Origin: a virus
Taxonomy: Duplodnaviria; Caudoviricetes
Reading direction: 5' to 3' (one strand)
Length of the DNA: 24,188 nucleotides
Virus record (IMG/VR): IMGVR_UViG_3300049138_000227
Coordinates: 1-24,188 of that record
Positions 8,001 to 16,332 of this stretch are shown here, piece after piece (positions within the stretch are counted from its first letter, which is position 1; each line of letters opens with the position of its first letter). Position numbers and translations under genes: made by a program. The notes beneath the pieces were generated by a model that saw only the letters and a list, made by a program, of their open reading frames with translations, was not told where the DNA came from and made no database searches.

Positions 8001-8644
8001 ACGCGCGTGACCGCCTGTCCGACAAGACCATCACCATCACCACGAACTACGTCGTCACCGGCAACCAGGCCCGCCGCTCGGGCGCGCACGGCACGCAGCT
8101 CGGCAACGCCGACGGCTCGATCACCGACTACTACGCCGACGGCGGCATCCGCGCTGGCGAGGTCAAACACTTCGCGAACGGGTCCGAGAACCACATCGCG
8201 CAGATAGCCCCCGCCGGCGCGATGCGCGTGTGGGCGGAGCCCGAAACGATGGGCGAGGGCTACGTGCCCTTCGCCCCGTCGAAGCGGCCCCGCTCCCGCG
8301 CCATCACCGAAGAGATCGTCCGGCGCCTCGACGGCGACCCTTCGGCGTTCCACTGGATCGCCAACGGCAACCTCAACGACTGGAGCGGGCACCAGGCGTT
8401 CAACCCGCTCGCAGCACACCAGCGCCGCCAAACCTTCCCCATCCTGCGTGAGGCGGCCCGCCGCATGAGTGTCGGGCTGACCGACGTCTCCGCCAACCGC
8501 CAGGTTGTGATCGTCAAGGAAGGCGACACCACCACCATCAACGTGCCCGCCGTCCGTACCGAGGCCTCCGCGTCCGACATCGGAGCGCAGGTCGGTCGCA
8601 GCTACCGGCGCGCCACCAGGGGAGGGGTGAAGACCCGTGCCTGA
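5054..8644 (+). CDS. Tape measure protein (1196 aa)
   Basis: GTG with AAGGGAGG RBS. Long Ala-rich helical protein with hydrophobic segments and the C-terminal YADGG...WAEPETMGEGYVP motif. Canonical position. Confidence 0.93.
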   Translation: MANWNLSVDMRGSGDDLARALRESAREARNLATATRDARTQVRSLDTSSQAAASQVNRLGAAASGAQRNLLRMARQANVAAQDLREVARAADAADARLRAMGGNVRVRAHLDADTGAGAAAVRAAIADLSRLGPVRIGVQFDADTTQLAAIGLTATAALADIQNQAQDTSRALLLLAARARRTARELDDLATRARAAATGVRSLGSAARTASGNLGDLSTSSRTLRGDLDDLDGTVTRLSGNLGGLRGSLGHTSGAARNASGSMRSLLVTAGLLATGIIPIAASLVPIAAGLAAAGAAAGAFGVAIGGQIATLVEAGEAQEKYDDAVREHGKSSEQAVAAEKEYMRQLEEMPQATREAAAAVSVLKDEYKEWSNALADDTMPIAIKSMGLMQALLPKLTPLVRGTSDEFEHMLDVLAGASQTQGFDGLMDRFAEFAGETLSKATSGMVRFSQALDTGEIGGDWREFMDYAREVAPQVGDTLSELATTMLHLLVAGSDLGVSVLQLVEAFAALVNAVPPEVLSMLLQFYAATKLVALGAAGLAAVTGGAAAARLAAYFTVMRAAGVATTLRATAASMSMMTKAAIGLGVLAAAAVGINKLAENARGAPPDVDRLTTSLKELAITGKMTGELKKTFGDFDGLIDKMKKLRVETERASDANEGFVIPGIEQFSDWIGDVGNDLFKGEESFKALKEDFKGVDEALAQLASSGNAASAAEGFDLIRRAGKEAGYSTKEINDLLPEYQAAVASLKVEQQLAAAGMGLFGQQAIATKGKLDAQRASADGLRGAIQALNDVNRQALGGMIGFEAAIDAAAKAAAENAGALNMVNGQLDLNDPKAQAAATALQELATKTDEAAAAARASGASWGEVNAIYDRGRAELVKYAQQMGLSETQANALATSILGIPADKDITIEMIREDALAGLDQVIAKIKATPGSKSVTVDALTAEAMRLLNSLGFRTETLPDGRVTVTALTGSALANIGAVQNARDRLSDKTITITTNYVVTGNQARRSGAHGTQLGNADGSITDYYADGGIRAGEVKHFANGSENHIAQIAPAGAMRVWAEPETMGEGYVPFAPSKRPRSRAITEEIVRRLDGDPSAFHWIANGNLNDWSGHQAFNPLAAHQRRQTFPILREAARRMSVGLTDVSANRQVVIVKEGDTTTINVPAVRTEASASDIGAQVGRSYRRATRGGVKTRA

Positions 8645-9539
8645 CATCACGCTCACCGAAGGCCAGGTCGACCTCGGCGGCGTCGCCATCGGCAGGGACA
8701 CCGTGGTCAACATCATCGACATCACCGGCCTAGGCCGCCCCCCGGTCCGCGACAACGACGTCGATCGCCCGTCGATGGACGGAGCGTGGGCCGGGCCGGA
8801 CTACTGGGCCGCCCGACAGGTCCAGATCGACGCCGCCATCAGGATCCCCGGCGACGGGCCGGCCTGCGAGGCGATGCTCGCCAGCCTGCAAACCGCCGCC
8901 GCCGACCCGGCCCTGCGGCTCACCGGCGGCAGCGGCATGCCGCTGCGGATCCTGCGCCCCGGCGGGATCGTCAAGCGCCTCACCGGCCGCCTGCGGCGCC
9001 TCGACGCCGAGTACGACCAGGTCATCCACGGCTACATGCCGATCGACATCGACTTCATCGCCCACGACCCGACCTGGTACGCGGACACCGAGACGCAGAC
9101 GACCATCCCGCTGGGCTGGCTGTCCGGCGGAGGGTTCACCGCACCGATCGTCGCGCCGATCCACGTGACGTCCGGCGCGACGGCTGCCGACCGGCCCGGC
9201 TGGGTAACCAACGCCGGGGACACGGACGCGTGGCCGGTCATTCGGATCACCGGCCCCTGCTCCAACGTGACCATCACCCACGTCGACTCCGGGCGCCAGA
9301 TCAAAATGCCGACGCTGGTCCTGACCGCCGGCCAGTGGGTGGAGATCGACACCCGGCCGGGCTTTGTCACCGTGACCCGCGAGAACGGCGGCAACGCCTC
9401 CACCCTCATCTCGCCCGGCAGCCGCATCGACCAGTTCAGCCTGCCGCCCGGCCAGTCAGAGATGCGCTGGACCGCCGTCGACCCCACCAACACCGCCCGC
9501 ATGCGCCTCACCTGGCGCGATGCCTACATCGCCCTCTGA
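8637..9539 (+). CDS. Distal tail protein (Dit)-like minor tail protein
   Basis: 300 aa directly after the tape measure gene. FIAHDPTWY, NAGDTDAWPVIRITGP, LPPGQSEMRW and WRDAY motifs. Confidence 0.8.
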   Translation: MPDITLTEGQVDLGGVAIGRDTVVNIIDITGLGRPPVRDNDVDRPSMDGAWAGPDYWAARQVQIDAAIRIPGDGPACEAMLASLQTAAADPALRLTGGSGMPLRILRPGGIVKRLTGRLRRLDAEYDQVIHGYMPIDIDFIAHDPTWYADTETQTTIPLGWLSGGGFTAPIVAPIHVTSGATAADRPGWVTNAGDTDAWPVIRITGPCSNVTITHVDSGRQIKMPTLVLTAGQWVEIDTRPGFVTVTRENGGNASTLISPGSRIDQFSLPPGQSEMRWTAVDPTNTARMRLTWRDAYIAL

Positions 9540-9548
9540 GGAGCACCG

Positions 9549-10487
9549 ATGACCCTGTTCCAGGCCCCGATCCTCACCGACGGCGCCACCCACCCCGCGC
9601 AGCAGTTCCGCATGCTCGTGCGCGACCTGGCCCGCGGCGCGGAGGGCATCACCGAAGGCGACGACCTCAAGGTCAGCCAACTGTCCACCCCGGGCGGCGG
9701 AGTGCAGGTCTCGGACGGGTCCGGCATCGTCACCGGCCGCGCCAACCCTCTCCAAGGCTCCTACGCGGTCGCGAACCTAGGCACGGACACCGTGGACGTC
9801 GCGGCGAACGGCGGCGGCGCCACCCGCTACGACATGGTCGTCCTCCGCGTGGAGGACCCCGAGTACGAGGGCACCCTCGACCCCGCCGTCGATGACATCA
9901 ACTACTTCACGATCATCCCCAACGTCTCCTCGACCGCCACGACGATCCCTGGCGGGCTGACCGGCATCCCCCTCGCCCGCATCGCGATCCCGGCCGGCAC
10001 CTCCGTCATCACCGATGCGATGATCACCGACCTGCGGCAGGTCGCCAACCCCCGCCGCGAACGCCGCCTCCACGTCCAGACCCCCACCACCGGCTCCACC
10101 GCCATCAGCGGCACCTCCGGCACCCCCTCCTACTTCTCCAGCGCGGCCGGCTGGGACATCGCCATCCCCGAGTGGGCCACCCAGGCCCTCATCAGTTTCT
10201 CCATCGGCGGCATCCGCCTGTCCGTCGGCAACTTTTTCGGCAACATCTCTGCGACCTTCGGAGCCCTGGCCGTGGAGCCCGTCATCATCGACGACAACGG
10301 CGGCAGCACCGTCCGCCGCGCCACGCACATCATGGGCGACACGCTCACCATCCCGGACTCCTACCGCGGCACCACCCAACTCCTGCGCGCCCGCGGCCTC
10401 GCCGCCGCCGGGAACGCCGGCTCCATGCAGATCGATTCCTCGTCCACCCTGATCGCCGACGTGGAGTTCGTGGAGGCACCGCGGTGA
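9549..10487 (+). CDS. Minor tail/baseplate protein
   Basis: GAGGAG RBS, 312 aa. RYDMVVLRVEDP and IPLARIAIPAG...ITDLR are typical of actinophage minor tail proteins. Confidence 0.75.
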   Translation: MTLFQAPILTDGATHPAQQFRMLVRDLARGAEGITEGDDLKVSQLSTPGGGVQVSDGSGIVTGRANPLQGSYAVANLGTDTVDVAANGGGATRYDMVVLRVEDPEYEGTLDPAVDDINYFTIIPNVSSTATTIPGGLTGIPLARIAIPAGTSVITDAMITDLRQVANPRRERRLHVQTPTTGSTAISGTSGTPSYFSSAAGWDIAIPEWATQALISFSIGGIRLSVGNFFGNISATFGALAVEPVIIDDNGGSTVRRATHIMGDTLTIPDSYRGTTQLLRARGLAAAGNAGSMQIDSSSTLIADVEFVEAPR

Positions 10488-11590
10488 CCGGCCTCGCCCC
10501 GGTGGACAGGGTCCTCACCCGGCACGCCCTGACCGGCGAGTGGCAGACCCTCGCCCTCCCCGTCCAGGACCTGGCGTACGGGCCGGAGCTGAATGGCCCC
10601 GGCACGCTCACCGGCCGCCTGTCGCCGCGGCTCATTGCCCAGAACCCCAGCTTCCTCGACCCTGGCACCACGTACATCTACACCGAGGCCGCTGGCCAAC
10701 TCCGGTGGGGCGGCCTGGTCTGGCACGCCGAGCCCGAGGGCGACGTCTTCACGTTCGAGGCCGCCTCCTGGTCCAGCTACCTCGAGCACCGCTTCGACCT
10801 CGACGGCAACTTCGGCGGCCGCGGCCCGTACACCACCACGGACCCGTGCGAGGTCATCCGCGACATCTGGGAGTACGCCCAGTCGGTCCAGGACGGCAGC
10901 ATCGGCGTCATCGTCGACACCACCACCAGCACCGCGAAGGTCGGCACCACCGCCGAGCCCTACAAATCGGGCTGGTGGGACGGCAAGAGCCTCGGCTCCC
11001 ACATCGACGACCTCGTCTCCGGCGAAGCCACCCCCGACTACACGTGCGACGTCGCCTGGAACGCCGACAAGACCTTTCCCGTGCACCGGATTCGTCTCGG
11101 CTGGCCGCGCCTCGGCGCCCGCCGCACCGACCTCACTTTCGCCTCCGGCATCAACATCGTCGACGACCCAACCGTCCCCCTCCGCGGCGACGACTACGCC
11201 CAGGTCGTCGTCGCCGTGGGAGAAGGCGAAGGGTCCGCGAAACGGCGCGCCGTCTCGGCCGTCCGCAACGGCAGGCTGCGCCTCGAGCACATCGCCGACT
11301 ACCCGGGCATCAAGGCAGATGACGTGCTCGCCGCCCACGCCGCCGCAGAGCGGAAGAAGCGGCAGGTCATCGGAACTGTCGACCAGATCATCGTGCGCGA
11401 CAGCCCGGCCGCCCGTTTCGGGTCCTGGCAGGTCGGCGACGACGTGTACGTCCGCGTCCACAACGCCTGGACCTCGTACGTCGGCTGGCGCCGCATCACC
11501 AGCTGGACCATCCACCCCCACGCCAAGGGCGGGCCCCAGGCGGTCATCGACCTCCAGCCCGCCGACGCCTACACCTACGCAGGGACGTAA
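10484..11590 (+). CDS. Minor tail protein (baseplate hub/Tal-like)
   Basis: GTG 10484 with GGAGG and GTGA overlap, 368 aa. ELNGPG, WGGLVW, VAVGEGEG and WQVGDDV motifs. Confidence 0.75.
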   Translation: MTGLAPVDRVLTRHALTGEWQTLALPVQDLAYGPELNGPGTLTGRLSPRLIAQNPSFLDPGTTYIYTEAAGQLRWGGLVWHAEPEGDVFTFEAASWSSYLEHRFDLDGNFGGRGPYTTTDPCEVIRDIWEYAQSVQDGSIGVIVDTTTSTAKVGTTAEPYKSGWWDGKSLGSHIDDLVSGEATPDYTCDVAWNADKTFPVHRIRLGWPRLGARRTDLTFASGINIVDDPTVPLRGDDYAQVVVAVGEGEGSAKRRAVSAVRNGRLRLEHIADYPGIKADDVLAAHAAAERKKRQVIGTVDQIIVRDSPAARFGSWQVGDDVYVRVHNAWTSYVGWRRITSWTIHPHAKGGPQAVIDLQPADAYTYAGT

Positions 11591-11594
11591 CCGC

Positions 11595-13154
11595 ATGGAC
11601 ATCGGACACGAACTGGCCCTCATCAAGCGCAAGCTCGAAGAGATTGAGCGCTCCTCGCGCTTGTCGTCCGCGTCGCTGGACGACACGGCGCTTGAGGTCT
11701 TCGACGACTCCGGCAGCCTGAAGGCCATCGTCGGCGTCCAATCCGACGGAACCAGCGGCGTGAACGTGGTCAACGGACCGCTCCCGCCCACACCGTCCGA
11801 CCCGACTGTCGAGCCCGCGCTCGCCGCGCTCACGGTCGCCTGGGACGGCACCTTCACCGACGCGCAGGCCGCACCACTGGACTGGATGCGCGTCGAGGTC
11901 CACGTCGGCCCCACCGCCGGGTTCACCCCGGACCAGGGCACGCTGCGGGACACCATCGAGACCGCACAGGGTGGCAGCGTGGTCATCTCTCTCCCGTACA
12001 CCGAGTGGTTCGTGAAGCTCCGTTCCCGCACCACCGCCGGCGTCGCCGGCCCGGCCAGCAACGCTGTTGCGGGCACCCCCCGCAAGGCCGACACGGAAGA
12101 CCTCGTAGTCGGGGCGATCACCGCCGACCTCATCTCCGTCGACGCCCTCACCGGTAAGACCATCACTGGTGGAGTCATCAACGGCGCCGAAGTGCACTCG
12201 AACGACGGTGCAGGAGCCACCGTCGACATTGCCGACGGCATGGTCGTCGCGACCGCGCCCACCGGCTGGTCGGTCCTGATCGACCCCATCGGAACGAAGC
12301 CGGCGATCGAGTTCAACAACAGCCTCGGAGCGACTGCCGGATACGTCGCCTCCACCGGCACCGACTCTCAGCCCGCTATCAGCATGGCGAGCGGAACGTT
12401 CACCGACGGCGCCACCTCGGACTGGCGGTGGGAAACCTACTCAGGACAGGGCGAGAGCACCAACTTCTGGCGCACGTACCGGCGGCGCGACTCGGACGGC
12501 AAGATCATGGGAGGCTGGTTCCAAGCCGCCTCCAACCGGGCGTACATGGCCTACGTGAACACGGTGGACGGCATTCCGTCCACGCGCATCGAAGTGACTG
12601 ACGGCGTCGTCTCCTCGATCGGCGGCCGACTGTCCGTCCAGCCTGCGGCGTCCGCCTCGTCCGGCATGCTCCTCAACGCCGCCTCCGGCCACACGGGCAA
12701 CCTGCTGCTGCTCCAGAACAACAGCGCCGACAAGTTCACCGTCGACAAGGACGGCAACACCACCCTCACCGGCACCCTGACCGGCCCGAACGGCACCTAC
12801 AGCGAGGAAGGCGCCTGGACGACTCCCACGTTCTCGTCGTGGGTGCAGACCACCAACACCACCTACCAGACCCTGCGCCTGTCCAAGGGAACGAAGCGGG
12901 CCCGCCTCGACGGCGTCGGACAAGCACCCGCCGCCGGTATGGGTGCCGGCACCAACGTGACCGCGTTCACCATCCCCGCCGGCTACCGGCCCCTGAAAGC
13001 GCACTACTACGACGTCCCCAACGTCACCGGCGCCACCCCGCCGTCCGTCGGGTGCCGTGTCGGCGCGGACGGTGTCGTCACCGTCTGGACCACCCCCGCC
13101 GTCGCCGCGAACGCCCTGTTCGACTTCACCAGGGTCGACTGGCCGCTCGACTGA
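11595..13154 (+). CDS. Minor tail protein / tail fibre (519 aa) with an N-terminal FN3-like region
   Basis: ATG 11595. Coiled N-terminus, PPTPSDPTV...LTVAWDG, GAITAD-type repeats, and a C-terminal FTIPAGYRP receptor-binding-like domain. Confidence 0.75.
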   Translation: MDIGHELALIKRKLEEIERSSRLSSASLDDTALEVFDDSGSLKAIVGVQSDGTSGVNVVNGPLPPTPSDPTVEPALAALTVAWDGTFTDAQAAPLDWMRVEVHVGPTAGFTPDQGTLRDTIETAQGGSVVISLPYTEWFVKLRSRTTAGVAGPASNAVAGTPRKADTEDLVVGAITADLISVDALTGKTITGGVINGAEVHSNDGAGATVDIADGMVVATAPTGWSVLIDPIGTKPAIEFNNSLGATAGYVASTGTDSQPAISMASGTFTDGATSDWRWETYSGQGESTNFWRTYRRRDSDGKIMGGWFQAASNRAYMAYVNTVDGIPSTRIEVTDGVVSSIGGRLSVQPAASASSGMLLNAASGHTGNLLLLQNNSADKFTVDKDGNTTLTGTLTGPNGTYSEEGAWTTPTFSSWVQTTNTTYQTLRLSKGTKRARLDGVGQAPAAGMGAGTNVTAFTIPAGYRPLKAHYYDVPNVTGATPPSVGCRVGADGVVTVWTTPAVAANALFDFTRVDWPLD

Positions 13155-13162
13155 CCAGCCCT

Positions 13163-13194
13163 GGCGGGCGGAGGGAACAATCCTTCCGCCCGCC
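13163..13194 (+). terminator. Terminator-like hairpin between the tail and lysis modules
   Basis: GGCGGGCGGAGGGA-acaa-TCCTTCCGCCCGCC, a 14-bp stem with one G-U pair, just after the 13154 stop. Confidence 0.65.
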
Positions 13195-13318
13195 TCTACG
13201 CTGAACAGCAGGGCGACCCTCCGCCCCGCTCCACCCCCGAGGGACTGCCACCCGGCCGCGCCGGGAGCAGAGACCACCGCCACACGCTCTGGGCGCGGGG
13301 AAGAGAGCGAGACAGCCG

Positions 13319-14374
13319 ATGGCGACGCCACCGAGTGCTGCCGCATTCCTGAAGGCACTCCGCGACGAAGGCCTCAAGGTCGTCGAAGTCGGCGACTGGC
13401 GCACCCACAACCGCAACCACAAAGGCTCCTGGGGCCCCCTCCACGGCGTGATGATCCACCACACCGTCACCAAGGGCACCGACACCACCGTCCGCCTCTG
13501 CCGCGACGGACACTCCTCCCTCCCCGGCCCGCTGTGCCACGGCGTCATCGACAAAAAGGGCATCGTCCACCTTGTCGGCTGGGGCCGCGCCAACCACGCC
13601 GGCCTCGGCGACGACGACGTCCTCGACGCCGTCAAGGACGAGCGCGCCGTCCCCGCCGACAACGAGGCCAACACCGACGGCAACCGGCACTTCATCGGCT
13701 TCGAGTGCGAGAACCTCGGCGACGGTGACGACCCGTGGCCCGCCGCCCAGCTCGAAGCGATCGAGAAGGCCGCGGCCGCCGTGTGCCGCCTCCTGGACTG
13801 GGACGCCGAATCCGTCATCGGCCACCTCGAGTGGCAGCCCGGCAAGGTCGACCCGCGCGGCTTCACCATGCGCTCGATGCGTGACCGGGTCCGCGACCGG
13901 CTCAGCGGCGGCAAGCCTCCGGCCAGCGCGCCGGCTCCTGCTCCGGCGCCGTCGGGCACGTACACCGTCCGCAAGGACGACACCCTCTTCGGTATCGCCA
14001 AGGACCACAAGACGACGGTCGCCAAGCTCGTCGACCTCAACAAGCTCGACGACCCGAACGAGATCTCGGTCGGTCAGAAGCTGAAGATGCCGGCCAAGGC
14101 AACCGCCGCCCCCGCCAAGCCCGCTTACGAGCCGTTCCCCGGCGCCGCGTTCTTCAGCCTGGGCCGCCGCTCACCCCTGATCACCGCGATGGGCCGCCGG
14201 CTCGTCGCAGAGGGATGCGGCCGCTACCAGCAGGGCCCCGGCCCGCACTTCACGAACGCCGACCGCCGCAGCTACGCCGCCTGGCAGAGGAAGTGCGGCT
14301 ACAGCGGCGACGCCGCGGACGGCATCCCCGGCAAGACCAGCTGGGACCGGCTCAAGGTCCCCAAGCAGCTCTGA
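13319..14374 (+). CDS. Endolysin: N-acetylmuramoyl-L-alanine amidase (Amidase_2) + LysM + C-terminal peptidoglycan-binding domain
   Basis: GVMIHHT, RANHAG, IGFECEN and VIGHLEW...KVDP amidase motifs. PAPAP linker. LysM YTVRKDDTLFGIAK...LNKL.DPNEISVGQKLKMP. C-terminal WQRKCGYSG..ADGIPG..SWDRL. Confidence 0.93.
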   Translation: MATPPSAAAFLKALRDEGLKVVEVGDWRTHNRNHKGSWGPLHGVMIHHTVTKGTDTTVRLCRDGHSSLPGPLCHGVIDKKGIVHLVGWGRANHAGLGDDDVLDAVKDERAVPADNEANTDGNRHFIGFECENLGDGDDPWPAAQLEAIEKAAAAVCRLLDWDAESVIGHLEWQPGKVDPRGFTMRSMRDRVRDRLSGGKPPASAPAPAPAPSGTYTVRKDDTLFGIAKDHKTTVAKLVDLNKLDDPNEISVGQKLKMPAKATAAPAKPAYEPFPGAAFFSLGRRSPLITAMGRRLVAEGCGRYQQGPGPHFTNADRRSYAAWQRKCGYSGDAADGIPGKTSWDRLKVPKQL

Positions 14375-14414
14375 CCCACACTCACCCACCAGACGGACTG
14401 AAGAGGAAGTAACC

Positions 14415-14846
14415 GTGAAGACGCTCAATCGCAAAGTCGCACCCACGGATTTCCGGGGTGCGCTTCGCGATGGGCATTTTCGGCCGGTAACAACGGGCAT
14501 TATCGGTAGAATTGACGACGTGAAGAATTGCGACGTCTGTGAGACTCCGTTCATGCCCTCGACTGCTTGGCACAAGCGCTGCTCGAAGAAATGCAACTCG
14601 ATAGCCGGAAACGCGAAAAACGGCGTCGGTATCGCCGAGGTCGAGGAGATGCGTAGGCGTCAGAACGACCTCTGCGCGATCTGCGGAGTGAACGTTTCAG
14701 AAGACTTCCATGTAGACCACGATCACGCCTCCGGGCGAGTTCGAGAACTGCTCTGCATGAAGTGCAACACGCTGCTTGGACATTCGTCCGACAGCATCGA
14801 CGTCCTGAAAAGGGCAATCCAGTACCTAGAAAGGCACTCGGAATGA
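14415..14846 (+). CDS. Endonuclease VII-type HNH endonuclease (putative free-standing homing endonuclease)
   Basis: QNDLCAICG...HVDHDHASGRVRELLCMKCNTLLG...AIQYL is the EndoVII signature. Extra N-terminal CDVC...CSKKC zinc finger. Visibly AT-richer than its neighbours. Alternative start GTG 14520. Confidence 0.88.
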   Translation: MKTLNRKVAPTDFRGALRDGHFRPVTTGIIGRIDDVKNCDVCETPFMPSTAWHKRCSKKCNSIAGNAKNGVGIAEVEEMRRRQNDLCAICGVNVSEDFHVDHDHASGRVRELLCMKCNTLLGHSSDSIDVLKRAIQYLERHSE

Positions 14847-15223
14847 TCCGCATACTGGGTCGCGAGCCCGTCTATTTCCTGGCCTTCCTGGCCATCGTGC
14901 TGAAGCTGTCATCCGCCTACGGGCTGGACGTCAGCACCGAGCAGCAGGGCGCCATCATGGCCGTCCTGTCCCTCCTCGTCGCCGTCTTCACCGCCATCGT
15001 GCTGAAGACGGGCGCCGCCGCCGCGGCGATCGTGAACCTCGCCCAGGGCGTGCTCGCCCTGTTCCTCGCCTTCGGCCTGGAGATGGCAGCCGAGCAGCAG
15101 GCTCTGTGGATGCTGGCCGTCGAGGGCGGCGTCGCGCTCCTGCTGCGCCGCGAGGTCGAAGCACCTGTCAGCACGACACGCCTCGAGCAGTCGAGCGTGG
15201 TCAAGCAGGCACCCCGAGCCTGA
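14843..15223 (+). CDS. Holin
   Basis: ATGA overlap with the HNH stop, GAAAGG RBS, 126 aa with about four hydrophobic segments, GREP N-terminal motif, downstream of the endolysin. Confidence 0.8.
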   Translation: MIRILGREPVYFLAFLAIVLKLSSAYGLDVSTEQQGAIMAVLSLLVAVFTAIVLKTGAAAAAIVNLAQGVLALFLAFGLEMAAEQQALWMLAVEGGVALLLRREVEAPVSTTRLEQSSVVKQAPRA

Positions 15224-15267
15224 CCTCGCAGAACCATGTGCTTATCCCCTGGACGGGACCCCGGTGA

Positions 15268-15588
15268 ATGAACCCAACCACCCTCACGCTGGTGGGCGCC
15301 CTCGTGGCGTTCGCTGGCGTGTTGGCCACGGCCGTCGTGGCTTACGTGGGAAAGCGCGGGGAGCTGTCCCTCAACGGCCTGAACAGCCTGACCGATCAGC
15401 TCCAGGAGGAACGCAGCAGCCTCAAGCAGGAGCTGACGGAGAAGAAGCAGGAGCTGCTCGAAAAGACGGTGGCTCTCGCGCAGAAAGACGCCGCGCTGGC
15501 GGCAGAAGCGGCCGGGCGGGCTTCCACGGAGGCGGAGAACGCCCGCCTCCGCGCCATCATCGTCCAACTCGGAGGAGATCCCGGATGA
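15268..15588 (+). CDS. Membrane-anchored coiled-coil protein (lysis-module accessory)
   Basis: N-terminal hydrophobic helix followed by heptad-like LTDQLQEERSSLKQEL...ENARLRAII. Confidence 0.75.
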   Translation: MNPTTLTLVGALVAFAGVLATAVVAYVGKRGELSLNGLNSLTDQLQEERSSLKQELTEKKQELLEKTVALAQKDAALAAEAAGRASTEAENARLRAIIVQLGGDPG

Positions 15589-16316
15589 GCCGCACAGAGC
15601 GGTTCCTCGCCCGCCGCTGGCGCTCCATGGCCACTCTGTGCGCGATTGTCGCCTTGTTCGGGATCGCCTCCATTCTTTGGGCGAGGCAGGAGTCTGCCGA
15701 TCGTGAGGCGCGGCAGCTAGCGGCGGTGTCCGAGCAGCTGGCGGAGGAGTCCGATCTGCGTGGCACTGCGGTGTCGACGCTGGCGACGGATGTACGGAAG
15801 CTGCGGGCGCAGATCACCGCGGACGGGAAAACCCCGGTAGCGCCGGACCCGTCCAACGCCATCGACAACCTGCCCGACCGCGCGGAAGTCCCGGTGCCGA
15901 TCCCCGGGCCGAAGGGCGACAAGGGCGAGAAGGGCGACCCGGGGAAGCCCGCACCCACCATCACCCCAGAGCCGGGCGCGCCCGGAGAGCCCGGCCGCGA
16001 CGGCCAGCCAGGCCAGGCCGGTCCCACGGGGCCCGCCGGGCAGCCGGGCCGGGACGGCGCCGATGGCGTCGACGGGGCGAACGGCGCCGACGGCAAGGAC
16101 GGCCGCGACGGAACAGACGGCAAGGACGGACAGCCCCCGGCCGGCTGGACGTACACCGACCCCAAGGGCGTCACCTACACCTGCACACGCGTCGCCGACT
16201 TCGACCCGGCCGCGCCCCGCTACGAGTGCACCCCGACCAGCAGCCCGGACGACCCGCCGCCACCCGGCAACGGGACCACGGTCCTGGGTCTGGCCCCCGA
16301 CCGCCGCCGCTTCTGA
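15585..16316 (+). CDS. Membrane-anchored collagen-like protein (243 aa)
   Basis: ATG 15585 with GGAGGAG RBS and ATGA overlap. TM helix, coiled region, Gly-X-Y repeats, and a small C-terminal domain with two Cys. Confidence 0.85.
   Translation: MSRTERFLARRWRSMATLCAIVALFGIASILWARQESADREARQLAAVSEQLAEESDLRGTAVSTLATDVRKLRAQITADGKTPVAPDPSNAIDNLPDRAEVPVPIPGPKGDKGEKGDPGKPAPTITPEPGAPGEPGRDGQPGQAGPTGPAGQPGRDGADGVDGANGADGKDGRDGTDGKDGQPPAGWTYTDPKGVTYTCTRVADFDPAAPRYECTPTSSPDDPPPPGNGTTVLGLAPDRRRF
15906..16136 (+). repeat. Collagen-like Gly-X-Y coding repeats (blocks of 5 and 18 triplets)
   Basis: GPKGDKGEKGDPGKP and GAPGEPGRD...GKDGQP in the translation. Confidence 0.9.
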
Positions 16317-16332
16317 TGATCTGGAGACGCTG

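Noticed and set aside
5114-8755. Long antisense and alternate-frame ORFs over the tape measure gene (e.g. 6404-8755 minus, 4669-7428 plus)
   Set aside because: Typical GC-rich shadow ORFs: R/P/G-rich or V/D/G back-translations with no domain motifs or RBS. The ORF inside the intein differs because it shows ordered domain motifs while the sense linker shows none.
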